From: Macrostomum lignano
Taxonomy: Eukaryota
NCBI GenBank assembly: GCA_002269645.1
Contig: NIVC01001873.1
Span: 163,124-227,123 of the forward strand
DNA length: 64,000 nt
Direction: 5' to 3'
The position numbers and the translations under genes are program-made. Below are positions 1 to 11,384 of the stretch, one piece after another (the first letter of the stretch is position 1; every line of letters begins with the position of its first letter). The notes below the pieces were generated by a model. It did not search any database. It was given only the letters and a program-made list of their open reading frames with translations, and was not told the origin of the DNA.

Positions 1-225
1 TCAGTTAAGGGTACAGTTCAGTGTAGAGTTCAGAATGCAGTTCAGGGTGCAGTTAAGGGTACAGTTCAGTGTAGAGTTCAGAATGCAGTTCAGGGTGCAG
101 TTAAGGGTGCAGTTCAGGGTGCAGTTCAGGGTGCAGTTCAGGGTGCAGTTCAGGGTGCAGTTCATGGTGCAGTTCAGGGTGCAGTTCAGGGTGCAGTTCA
201 GGGTGCAGTTCAGGGTGCAGTTCAG
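1..225. repeat. 12-bp minisatellite (CAGTTCAGGGTG)n, open at the window start
   Basis: About 18-19 tandem copies of cagttcagggtg, with ttaagggtacag and tgtagag variants towards the left. It explains the CTLN and VQFR repeat ORFs. Confidence 0.95.
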
Positions 226-688
226 ATGACAAAAGAAGTCAATTAATAAATTCAAAATCAATTAAAGTTAAGTGGTCGGTATATTTCTATTTCGCTTTAA
301 GCCTTTCGGTGAGTTCACATATGATTCTCATAATTCAACTTTGTTTGTGAAACACGAACTGTTGAGAGCTTGAGGAGCAGTTTATTAAAGCCAGATCTAG
401 ACTTTAAAAGCATAGTGACAGTTTGATCCGAACTAAATCTCAATTTAACAGTTGCGTACTGTCGCCGCCCAGACAGCCCATTCGTGAGCCATTAGTTAAT
501 GCCAATAATACGCTAGTAACATAAATTGTCCAAAAAGAAGCTCCCAGAAGAATGTCCAGTGAATTCAGACAACATGATGAACTAAATAGAGATTAGCGAA
601 AAAATTGATACTAAACCACTAAAACTAAAAAGTATCAAGCATTAAAAGCACAAAAATATAACTTTCTTAAAACTAATTTGACCTAAAT

Positions 689-1080
689 CCCTCCACCCAT
701 AAAATTTCCACCCAATAAAACCTCCACCCCATGAACCATCCACTCTAAAAAACTCCACCCCATAAAACCTCCACCTCATAAAATCTCCACCCCATAAAAC
801 CTTCACCCCATAAAACTTCCACTCAATGAACCATCCACCCTAAAAAACTCCACCCCACGAAACCTCCAACCCATAAACCAACCACCCCATAAAATCTCCA
901 CCCCATGAAACATCCACCCCATGAAACATCCACCCTATAAAAACTCCACCCCACGAAACCTCCAACCTATAAACCAACCACCCCATGAACCATCCACCCC
1001 ATGAATCATCCACCCCATAAAAACTCCACCCCATGAAACCTCCAACCCATGAACCATCCACCCCATAAAAACGACCCCAA
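689..1080. repeat. Degenerate ~16-bp C-rich minisatellite (ccaccccat(g/a)aa...)
   Basis: More than 20 imperfect copies with core CCACCCC. The minus strand has GGGGTGG runs. Confidence 0.9.
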
Positions 1081-1144
1081 ATACCTCCGACCCAAGAAAA
1101 ACAACGCATAAGTAGCATCACAGAATTTCAACCATCACTTATTA

Positions 1145-2162
1145 TCAAATGTTCTCATAGCTATTTCCTCCCCTGCCGCGCACTAAGCCGCGAACGCCAT
1201 TGAAAGAGAACACGCAGCCGTCCCGCACAAGGCCCGGCAGTGCCAGCCAGAACTCTCTATTGGGCACAGAATCAGGATAAACTGGCAGCTTCCGCACCAG
1301 CGCATTAAAAGCCAGGCCGCCAGCCACGTAGACAAACACCAGGCAGAAGAACACAATCAGCAGGATGTCGCCGCCGCTTAGGCCGCCACCGCCGCCGCCG
1401 CCTCCTCCTCCACCGGACTGTTCGCAGCAGTGCTTTGAGGTCAGTCGCATTTTGTACAGAATCAACTGCGGCCCACCGCTGCCATCATCCAGAGCCTCGA
1501 ATTTGGGCACGGAGGCCGACTGATCGCAGACCAGCTGCACCTGGGCTGACCGGCGCTTGCCGTCGCCGGAGAGGGCGCTGTATGTCAGTTGGAGCCCCGC
1601 CTGCGGCTCCGTGGAGAACTGGGCTGTCGACTGGGTGCCCAGCAGGTACTCCTGACAGTTGGCGAGCCGTGTTGGAGGGATAGTCAGCCCTCTCCCTCTC
1701 TCCCCTTCCCTCTCTCCCCTACCCTCTCTCCCCTACCCTCTCTCCCCTACCCTCTCTCCCCTACCCTCTCTCCCCTACCCTCTCTCCCCTACCCTCTCTC
1801 CCCTACCCTCTCTCCCCTACCCTCTCTCCCCTACCCTCTCCTAGTCAGCACGCAGCAACTCTAATTCTCACATAGCGCCCATCTGTAGATCTCTGACATG
1901 ACGCGGCGTCTCCTTGGCTGATGTCGCAGCGCTGCCCTGTGCAGGGGTTGTACAGGTAGTTATACGGCTGCTGAGGCCCCATGGCGGCAAAGGCGAAGTC
2001 TGCTGCCTTTGCCAGAGGTGACAAGTCGATGGTGCCGCCAGCAGCAGTCTGACAGCTGCAACTGCTCAGCTGACGACTGCATACCGGATACGCGGCTTCT
2101 GCTACTGCTATTGTTGCAGAGATTGCTGCTGCTGTTAGAAGCAGCAAAGCTTTCAGAGTCAT
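1145..2162 (-). CDS. Cation-dependent mannose-6-phosphate receptor / ATG27-like type I membrane protein, 2 exons (2162-1872 and 1651-1145), ~265 aa
   Basis: Signal peptide (MTLKALLLLTAAAISATIAVAEA), Cys-rich MRH-like domain (CSCQ...IDLSPL...YLYNPC, QLVCD, SKHCC), poly-Gly linker, TM segment (GDILLIVFFCLVFVYVAGGLAFN) and a tail with PNREFW...LVRDGC and C-terminal YENI (Yxx-phi). A phase-0 intron 1871-1652 (TAT|GTGAGA ... CTGTCAG|GAG) joins the two ORFs in frame (DGRY|EYLLGTQ). An alternative in-frame ATG lies at 2183. Confidence 0.9.
1688..1841. repeat. 14-bp intronic minisatellite (CCTACCCTCTCTCC)n
   Basis: About 10 near-perfect copies filling most of the 220-bp intron of the M6PR-like gene. 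Confidence 0.95.
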
Positions 2163-2689
2163 GGAATCAGTTGGAAATGGCATGTTAGCTGCGTTGAAAA
2201 CCGAGCGAACGAGCGGTTTTAAGACCACTTGTGCATACGCTGTACAGTGCAAGGCGTCACAGGCGGTGGCACAGCTGATAAGACTTGCCATGTAGCGATG
2301 TAGCGCAGTCAAGCAACGCAAGCTGTTTCTCTGTGTTTCAGTATTCACGCTAGTATTATTTCACTGTTTTTAGCAAACCAATATATTATTTGGCCAAAAT
2401 AAATATAACACTACAGTCTACTATCAGTAGGCGATCAGAAATAGATAGCACTAAAGATGTCATCGACAGTAACGCATATAAAATAGAGAGATATTTTGTT
2501 GCTAATTAAATATAAGAAGATTTTTGCACGAGTCAAATATGAATTTATAGCAGAGCTGAATAAGTTGGTTCACTGATTAATTCCCGTTGTCAATGATTTA
2601 TAGGTAAAATTGGATATCAATGACTTCAAAATCTATCAGTAACAAAAGAATTATAGAGTGCGGAGGAAGAAATAAAACAATTAAACAAT

Positions 2690-3381
2690 CCGGGCACTTC
2701 TCTGGACACCCTGGCACTTCACTGGACACCCTGGCACTTCTCTGGACATCCTGGCACTTCTCTGGACACCCTGGCACTCCTTTAAAGAACGTGGCACTCC
2801 TCTGAGTATCCTGGCACTCCTCTGAGTATCCTGGCACTCCTCTGAGTACCCTGGCATTCCTCTGAGTACCCTGGCACTCCTCTGAGTACCCTGGCACTCC
2901 TCTGAGTACCCTGGAACTCCTCTGAGTACCTTGGAACTCCTCTTAGTATCCTGGCACTCCTCTGAGTACCCTGGCACTCTTCTGAGTAGCTGAGTATCCT
3001 GGCACTCTTCTGAGTAGCTGAGTATCCTGGCACTCCTCTGAGTATCCTGGCACTCTTCTGAGTATCCTGGCACTCCTCTGAGTATCATGGCACTCCTCTG
3101 AGTATCCTGGCACTCCTTTGAGTAGCTGAGTATCCTGGCACTCCTCTGAGTATCCTGACACTCCTCTGAGTATCCTGGCACTCCTCTGAGTATCCTGACA
3201 CTCCTCTGAGTATCCTGGCACTCCTCTGAGTATTCTGGCACTCCTCTGAGTATCCTGGCACTCCTCTGAGTATTGAGTATCCTGGCACTCCTCTGAGTAT
3301 TCTGGCACTCCTCTGAGTATCCTGGCACTCCTCTGAGTATCCTGGCACTCCTCAGAGTACAATGGCACTCCTCTGAATACC
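2690..3381. repeat. 20-bp minisatellite (CTGGCACTCCTCTGAGTATC)n with 29-bp and truncated variants
   Basis: About 33 copies. It accounts for all the overlapping PGYSEECQDTQRSARILRG ORFs. Confidence 0.95.
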
Positions 3382-3510
3382 CCGAGAGCCTATATTAATA
3401 AATTATCATTTAGGGTAAAAACAAAAAAGGTTATCAAAAAGGTTACAAGAAGCTGTAATGAGTCTACTGCCAATCAAGCAGAATTATCTAAAAAGTGCCG
3501 ACGCCCCGAA

Positions 3511-4089
3511 TTACAGACGGTGGAATCGGCCAACCATTCGGTTGCAGCTCGGACAGATGTGCTCAACGTCTTTGCACGAGTTCACGCAGAACGGGATCAG
3601 ACAGCAGCCGAGCGACAGGCCGACGAAGAACAGAATAGCGGCAATCAGCCAGGTGTAGCCGCCGATCTTATAATAGACAGTGGTCTGCACATTGTTGTGA
3701 CAGTTTGGGCAGACCATCCACACCGGCGACTGGTTGAATCGCGGAATTGTGGCGTTCACAACCACTGGCTGCTGCTGCATCACTACCACATGATGCTGAG
3801 CGGGCTGGCCTTGGTAGCCGCCAGCGGCTGGGTAGGCAGGCGGCGGCGGCGGTTGCTGATGCTGCTGCTGAGCAGGGTAGCTAGTCGGGTACCCAGGCTG
3901 AGCTGTTGAGGCAGCTGGGTAGCTAGGCGGGTATCCAGGCTGAGCTGTGGAGGCAGTCGGGTAGCTTGGCGGGTATCCAGGCTGAGCTGTGGAGGCAGTC
4001 GGGTAGCTTGGCGGGTACCCAGGCTGAGCTGCAGACGGATTGGCGCCGTCCGTCTTGCTGACACCAACCGGGTGCACGGTTCCGCTCAT
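3511..4089 (-). CDS. LITAF: LITAF/SIMPLE-domain protein, paralogue 1 (192 aa, intronless CDS)
   Basis: C-terminal LITAF domain: CPNC...hydrophobic WLIAAILFFVGLSLGCCLIPFC...KDVEHICPSC. The Pro/Tyr/Gln-rich N-terminus has ~4 copies of a 42-bp repeat (PGYPPSYPTASTAQ). ATG at 4089 (the ORF track starts upstream at TTG). Confidence 0.95.
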   Translation of the reverse strand: MSGTVHPVGVSKTDGANPSAAQPGYPPSYPTASTAQPGYPPSYPTASTAQPGYPPSYPAASTAQPGYPTSYPAQQQHQQPPPPPAYPAAGGYQGQPAQHHVVVMQQQPVVVNATIPRFNQSPVWMVCPNCHNNVQTTVYYKIGGYTWLIAAILFFVGLSLGCCLIPFCVNSCKDVEHICPSCNRMVGRFHRL

Positions 4090-6092
4090 GTCCTCCTGAA
4101 CGATGAAGACCAATAGTTAATGTCGACTAGAAGCTCCGATGCTGAGTCTCCTCTGATCTGCTTTACAGTCTTAGCAGTTCCCTTAAACTGGCAAGGCACA
4201 GCTTGTCAGAGAGAAATAGAGTGGAATAGATCGTCTGCGTGCGCAGCTCAGACTGCCGTTGTCATTGGCAACGGCAAACAATACTCCGCTTCCACTCCGG
4301 ACTGTACAATGTCACTCCAGTTCCTCTCTCCTCAGGTAAGAGTGGCACCTGAAAACTCCTCCGCCCTCTCGAATACAGGGAAAGAGAGTTCACGAGATCA
4401 GGCGTACAGCCTGGACGGAATGAATGCCATTGCGACGAGACCCTGCTGTGCATTCCATTCTTGATTCTGTCTGTTGGGATTTTTAATTTTCTAGCAACAC
4501 TGTACTAACGGACAGCTCAACAGAGGACTGTACGAGTACAGTAAGTCCCTGAATTTAACTTGAATTTTACAGCTGGCAAGAGTTTGCAATTTAGACAACT
4601 GTATGGATTTCCAGATTGATTGCTAACATTACGAGAGGACGCAGGACCCGCACAAAAACGTGCAAATTTTATTAAAGACTGATTATTTAATTTTACGTAA
4701 GCCCGGCCACAGAAACTCGTCGAAGTGTAATTTTATCCCAGGAAGTGCATGATTTTGTCCCCATTCAGTTAACAGTAGGAACACCAAGCCAAGCCAAAAT
4801 TTAAGAACATGGGCCAACTTTTTGTTGCGCACCTTCTCAAACAAGAATCAAGTCGCCAGCCCTCCGGACCGTCGAGATATTCGACGAGTCTGCCAGAAGG
4901 TCGGATGTTTTTCTCAAAAGCGCCAGTGTATTCAGGACACCCCTGTGCGCCAATCAGCACTGCACCTCAGTGCAGCCTTGCCAAGCCTCCGAATTTCATC
5001 GGCAATTCGACGACAAGTGTCTGCATCAGCTCTGACTTCGTTTGTCACTGGCCTTCGCCCAGGCGGAGCTTCTGGACTTCAACAGATGGCCATTGTTGAA
5101 AGTCCAGACTTTTGTTGCCACTATGGACCATGTTGCAAATTTCTTGAGTTTCGCTGATCAAGCTCCGACAGTGGGCAAGCCTCAACTGCTGGACATCCTC
5201 AGCTAGTCTCTCAAGCATTCAGTCGTCATCTGGACGTCGTCGGCACCTGACACCAGGCGACTATGGACTTCCTGTTGCAACTATGTCAGATTTTTCTTAT
5301 TAATAACACTCCTAGTCGCCTGGTACAGCATGCAACAGGAAGACCTTTGGTAGCTCTACTATCAATACAGTGTATGCATAATGCATGGTTTACGATTATA
5401 TTATATTTTATTTTTTTCCATGTCTATAGTATACGCCAAGAACTACTTAACCACTTGGAAATTCCAGCCTCTAAAAATTATATGGATCGTCCTATATAAA
5501 CGAAACTTAACTAGTCCTTGAATTCTTGATCTAAGAGTTCCGTCACAGAATTGTTTAGCTAAACCGCACATTGACCAGAAAGCGATTTGATAAAAAGTCA
5601 TTGATTGTTCCAAAATTGGTTATTATCCCAAAACGCTATCATATTTAGATAGACTTTGCTGTAGCGGTCAATACGCGATGGGATGTGATAAGATCTTTGC
5701 GGACGGGATCTCGAGACAAGTTGGAAGAAGACACAGTGAACCACAGGTTGCGGAGCAGTTGTTAACAGCTTTTTACCCATTTTTACTTCTGAAAAACTTG
5801 GAACTTTCAACCCTACCAAAAACTTCAGATGGCTGTAAGCTGCCTGAAAAAGTAAAGTCTTTAATTAAAAACAGACCTCTCACACGAAAACTTTTGCTCC
5901 CGACTGGTCCCGAACAGTCGGGATTGACATCCGGAGTTCTGCTTTGCTGGTTCAGCGATTTCCACAGGTGAAAATCGTGGTCACCCACTTTTCCATGCTG
6001 ATAATAGCTGCGTTCTAAGCAAGCTTTAGGCACTTTTTCGCACATTAATCTTAAATTATTTGAACCCAGCAATTTTGACTATCAATTTATAT

Positions 6093-6402
6093 CAGGCGTT
6101 GGCAAAATTTTGTACCTCAATGGGCAGATAAATAATCTAGATCCTTGCTGCGGGCCGAATGAGAGATGAGAGATGCGATAAAAGAGAAGATAAGAGGAGA
6201 GGAGAAATGAGAGGAGAGAGAGAAAAGAGGAGAGGATAGAAAAGAGAGAAGAGGGGAGATAGAGAACTGAGAAGAGAGCTAAAAAAGACACAAACCTTGA
6301 GCGGGCCGGATTGCAATTGAAAAACTTCAACGGACCAGAGGGCACGATAAAGAGTCTTCGTTGGCAGCATGTGGCCCGCAGGCCGGAGTTTGCCGACCCC
6401 TG
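6093..6402. mobile_element. hAT (Charlie-like) MITE with an internal GA-rich patch
   Basis: Left end CAGGCGTTGGCAAA versus reverse complement of the right end CAGGGGTCGGCAAA (12/14). Subterminal GCGGGCCG/GGCCCGCAGGCC motifs are typical of Charlie-type hAT ends. The 8-bp TSD is not preserved. Confidence 0.7.
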
Positions 6403-6739
6403 ATCTGGACATTGGTAGAGAAAGGCTTAAATTCAACCCATACTGCTATTCAACTTTTACCAAAAGCACTTCTGAAAGTTACATAAAGAAAATTACATGC
6501 AAACATCCCTTCGAATATTTGTCCTTCTGCACGTGCGAGACAGCACTACTAAGTGTATTTAGTGGCATTACAGATTTTACACACAGTATGGATGCATTCA
6601 TTTGTCGCAGTTTTGCTGACTGCTACAATTAAATTAAACCCGTCGATTTTAAATTATATAATTTGTTTGTGATCGCGAACCCGATGGCTTTAACGATGGG
6701 CGAGCTCTGGACAGACCGATATGGCATCGCCGAACTTGC

Positions 6740-7219
6740 TCAGCAGCGCTTGTACACTCCTATCTGGTTGTTGCAGTTCGGACACGAGTGCTTGACATCC
6801 TTGCAGGCGTTAGTGACGAATGGAATGAAAATGCAGAGCCAAAGACAGGTGATAAACAGCACGGCCGCTATTATCCAGACCGTCACGCCGATGACGTACT
6901 GGGTATTAGTCATGATGTCGGCCCCGCAGAACTGGCAGGTCATGCGGGTTGCCGCCTCTCCCAAGTTCGCTGTGCCCATGCCCATGGCCGGGACTGCAAC
7001 TGGAACTGCAACGGGTTGAACAGGCTGATAGGCAGCTTGTTGGTAGCCAGCTTGCTGGTAGCCAGCTTGCTGGTAGCCAGCTTGCTGTGGGTACCCGTAA
7101 TGCGACTGGTTTTCAACTGTCGCATTTCCAGTTGTCGACTGTTGGTTTCCAGACGACTGGCTGCCGGCTTGCTTCTCCTTCGCAGCCGACTGGTAGCTGG
7201 GCGGTGGAGTGTCTGACAT
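6740..7219 (-). CDS. LITAF: LITAF/SIMPLE-domain protein, paralogue 2 (159 aa, intronless CDS)
   Basis: MSDTPPPSY (PPxY), AGYQQ repeats, then CQFC...VGVTVWIIAAVLFITCLWLCIFIPF...KDVKHSCPNC. ATG at 7219. Confidence 0.95.
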   Translation of the reverse strand: MSDTPPPSYQSAAKEKQAGSQSSGNQQSTTGNATVENQSHYGYPQQAGYQQAGYQQAGYQQAAYQPVQPVAVPVAVPAMGMGTANLGEAATRMTCQFCGADIMTNTQYVIGVTVWIIAAVLFITCLWLCIFIPFVTNACKDVKHSCPNCNNQIGVYKRC

Positions 7220-8716
7220 GGCTGATGGCTGGGCTGCGACGGCTTGGCTAAACTGAGTGTGCAACCTTTTTTAGGCAGCTATCTGTCCGACTCCGCACCT
7301 GGGCTATGCGATTGTTTTCGCCTGCACTTCTACGTTTCCATAGTTTTGTCTATGTGCTAAAGTGCTGCTGCGAGTAACTCGTTAAAAGCGCTTGAGTTTA
7401 GAAGACAGGCGTGTAAGGCTGCGTTTTGGCCTTACAGAAGTGCATCTACTTTGCATTGGCCTCGTGTGAGTCATCCGTATAACAGTTTTTATTCCTGCTA
7501 TCTTCTGCTCACAAGTCAGAAAGAATTCTAACACACTGGCCTCTAAGGGCCCTGTTATGAGTGTGAGGCTCACATCTCGGAATCTTTCTATGCCGCAAAT
7601 TATTCAAGACAGTGTATTTTATTGTCAAGCAAGCAAACTGGTTTAGTTGACAAAATGAAGAGCAATGCATAGTATGAGCGGGGCAGGGTTATCGCTCGAG
7701 CATTTTTCTCTGTCCCGCTGTTAGGCAACCATATCACCCCCCAAAGCATTGCTGCGATTCCACTGTGTCACGCGTTCGCAGGCTGCTGGCTTGGCCTTCG
7801 AACCTCAGCTTTGTTATCTGCCCTTTAATGTAGAGCTGGTCTGGCTGGATAGAACCGGGCGAGACGAGAGGAGGCCGTTGTTTTTTCGCTTCGATGTAAG
7901 CACAATTCCAGTGCTTACAATCCATCACATTATAAAATATCAATCAATGATTTTACAGGCAGTTCTCAGAGTCACTCTGAAACGGAGATGCATTTTAACC
8001 CCCCCCCCCCAGTACTGATATTGCAGAATTAACGTAGCTCCTGCTAAATCCTGCTAGTTATAGAACTCACTGACTCATATATAGGAGCAACATAGCAGCA
8101 CATCCTATACATGGCTGTGGATAGTACACTGTAGATATTACATGTATTACATGGATGATGCACATGATGTGGTGCTGCAGATTGTTTCAGCATGATTCCT
8201 CGCTGGCTGCGGTACTCGTATTATTTCTCATGGATGTACAGTGTACGCTTGTAAAAAGGCCTCTAAAACAAAAAAATGTATGTTTCGGATTCATTTTGGT
8301 TATGTAATAGTCTTTGGAGCAGATAATACATTTTGCATCATAAGAGTTCAAATTTGCGTATAGCTTATAAGTTCAGCAGAAGAACGAAAACATTTGCGGG
8401 ACAGTAGAAATTTGCGTTGAGCTAAGCAGAAATTTTTATGTCTGGATAAACAAGCAAATATTTTAGTTGTTGTATTAAATATTCTAACATTTTAATTTCA
8501 TTTTGTTCTCTTAACAGAAAGTTGAGTTACTTCAACAAGGTTCTCAAAAACTGTAAAAAAATAGTACACACCTCGTATAAACATAGTTGTTAGAAGTGTG
8601 TTAAAGAGCTGTAGCGCTTTGTTTTAAAGCCGTTTAAACACACGCAAGTACAATGTAGAAAACGAAAAGCCTACAAGTTTCAATAACTTTTTTCATCTGC
8701 TTGTCACACAATTAGA

Positions 8717-9193
8717 TCAGTTAGCCTTGCAGACGCCGATGGTTCCACGGCAGTTCGGGCAGGAGTGATGCGCGTCCTTGCAGGAATCCACGCAGAATGG
8801 AATCAGACAGCACAGGGCAAAGCCGAATATGCACAGAAGAAAACAAATTAACCAGGTGAAGCTGCCAGGACTGTAGGTGACCAGAGTGTTCACATAGCTG
8901 CTACAATACGGACACGTCAGTGGAACCGGGTAGCGACCTAATTTATAGGCCGTTGCGGTGGGTAAGGATGCAGTTTGAATATTAACTACTGTCTGTTGCT
9001 GCTGCTGATGCTGCGACTGTGGCTGCTGCTGCTGTGGCTGCTGCTGCTGTGGCTGCTGCTGCTGTGGCTGCTGCTGCTGTGGCTGTTGCTGCGGCGGGTA
9101 GCTCTGCGGCGGGTAGGCCTGGTACGGCGGCGGCGGGTATACGGGCTCAGGAGGCTTGCTGCCAGCAGGATCCGGGTGTACGCTGTTATGCAT
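8717..9193 (-). CDS. LITAF: LITAF/SIMPLE-domain protein, paralogue 3 (158 aa, intronless CDS)
   Basis: PPPPY motif, QQQQP repeats, then CPYC...GSFTWLICFLLCIFGFALCCLIPFC...KDAHHSCPNC. Confidence 0.95.
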   Translation of the reverse strand: MHNSVHPDPAGSKPPEPVYPPPPYQAYPPQSYPPQQQPQQQQPQQQQPQQQQPQQQQPQSQHQQQQQTVVNIQTASLPTATAYKLGRYPVPLTCPYCSSYVNTLVTYSPGSFTWLICFLLCIFGFALCCLIPFCVDSCKDAHHSCPNCRGTIGVCKAN

Positions 9194-9887
9194 GATTTCT
9201 AATGCTATTTATTTCTACTTGAGAACTGGCTCTAGTGCTGTATGTAAACTATAGATTCAACTAAAGTCGAGGCGCACGGCCAAGCCGCACCCACAGCTTG
9301 CTGAGCTGGCTTTATTATGCAAATTTTCGCCTGCGTTTTCATCACTGTACAGTCCGGCTGCAATGTGAGTCTGTGTGCAGTGCGCAGCAGTAATTGTGTT
9401 TGGAATGGCTTTTGCGCGCAACCCCCGTTGTTGGGAGCAACGAGAGAAATACGAGGTAGAATATTAATATTTTTTCAAGCCTTACACAGCTATACATATA
9501 TTCTTCTGTATAGCAATGAAGAAATAGCAAAATGTAAGTTGTGCTTACCGGCTCTCTCTCGCGCCTCAGAAACAATGTGAAGGCCCTGTTTGTTTCGTTA
9601 GCTAGCTAGCTCGTACGCGTGTATGCAGCCACCACAGCAAGCCAACACAGCAGGGCTTGCCTAATAAAGTGAACGATACTGCAGCTAGTATGTGTTTGTT
9701 CATGTTGCGCGACCAATGAAAGATGAAGATCAAAAAACAATCTGTCTTTATGCTTACGGAATTTGGACTGTGGACTAGGATGCTATGCGGAAACTTTTGT
9801 TTTTATAGCAATTACATGTACATGGTTCTGTAGCAAGATTGTTTAATTATAAAATTTATTAGAATAATATCAACGAACTTTTCACAT

Positions 9888-10223
9888 TGAGCCTCTTCAG
9901 GGCAATCGGTTCTAGAACCAGAATAAATTCGAGTTCTAGAACCAGAACCAGTGTGAAATGAAGAGCTTCGAATTCATTTTATGTTTGACAGTCTTTACAA
10001 TTTAATTTTGTCGTTCTTTGACTTTGTTTCCTCTTGGATATAACAAAAAACGGAATAATTATCTAACAATACAATAATAAAAAATTGATGGTTTCAAATA
10101 TATATTACTGTTAAAGTGTAAACATGACAACGGTTCGAAAAAATTTCTCGAACCATATTCCAGAACCAGAACCATGTTCCGGAACTAATTCTGTTTTTCG
10201 AACCGGCGATATGAAGAGGCTCA
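9888..10223. mobile_element. MITE-like element, 336 bp
   Basis: Perfect 12-bp terminal inverted repeat TGAGCCTCTTCA (9888-9899) / TGAAGAGGCTCA (10212-10223), with clustered subterminal GAACC/CCAGAA/GGTTC motifs at both ends. No clear TSD. Confidence 0.65.
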
Positions 10224-11384
10224 TGGTGAATTTTGGCTGTCGCGTGCGCTCGCGCTAAGACGCAGCTAAACATTGAGCAACTTTGTATTGTTAGTTCTGT
10301 ACCACTCTCTTTTTCTGGTTTTCATGGTCGCTCCAGCCTGGTAAACCTAGCTAAAGTCCTACTGTACATGTAAATCATTTCCTGTAAATACTTTCCGGAT
10401 AACCCCCGCCTGATCCTTGTAACATATGTATTTAGGCAATCCACTATCCAGTCATGCTATATTATGAAACCTCTCATAATATTGAGCCTGTTTAGACTCA
10501 AGTCTTCTCAAGACAATGACAGAAACAGCTCTTACCATTCCCTGTGAAAGATTTACAGTTTACATAAATTTACAGTTTGAAAATTTCCCTTTCCTGTAAT
10601 TACATGTAAAACAGACAAATTCTTCCTAATTTAGCACTGAATTTGTTTAAATATGCTCGTAAATGCAAGACTTTCAACGAATTCACAATCAAATTCTTCG
10701 CGCAATTTCTAAATTAAGAGAATGTATTGTGAACGTATTCGAATTTACCTAAATGTCTAATCTCTTTTGATGAGGACGCACTTTTTCCCAAATCCCGCGC
10801 TAGCACATGGGCTCTAAACTTACTTGCCTACTAACAGTGGGCAGTGGGCATTTTTATCCTTTTTCTGCGAATTTTCATAGAATCTATACTAGATATAATG
10901 TCTGGCCATACTAGTAGTCATAATAACATAGGCGCAGCTTTTTGGGTCGTAAATCATCGCTTTCGAAGCTGATCTGACAGCCACCTGCGCCTCACTCAGT
11001 GTTGAAGCGGGCGCCAGATGGTCTGAGAGGATGCGGGCGGTAGCTTTTTTTTCTCATCATTTTGACAGGCCATCAAGATTTATGAGGTCAGAGCCTATTG
11101 TTCGGATTCACTCAAGCGTGTGACAGCTTTGACAGCTATGCGTTGTACCCCTAAAAGTACCTTGGGATTAGCGATTAGCGATTTCTCTTCATTATCTTCA
11201 CTTTCTATTTAATAAGAGCTTTCTAATGTATATTTTTTCATTAATTTCTGTCAATCCTACGCGAAAAGTCATAAATCATTTTGTTGCGATTTTGAGTGAT
11301 TTATGGCCGCACCTGTCATCTTTTTACGACCCTGTGGGAACTGATAGGATCTCTCGGTCACGTGATTCTGGGTAGCAACGAGCT

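Noticed and set aside
1-261. ORF with an N-x-T sequon every four residues (NCTL repeats), suggesting a glycoprotein
   Set aside because: It is the translation of a stop-free 12-bp minisatellite. The opposite strand is also open and there is no signal peptide.
2598-3368. Multiple overlapping 60-215 aa ORFs
   Set aside because: All are frame-shifted translations of the same 20-bp repeat.
3520-9202. Plus-strand ORFs overlapping the LITAF genes
   Set aside because: Antisense shadows of GC-rich, repeat-containing CDS.
10950-11335. 10-bp inverted repeat GGGTCGTAAA / TTTACGACCC as possible MITE ends
   Set aside because: Too short, does not extend, and has no TSD.
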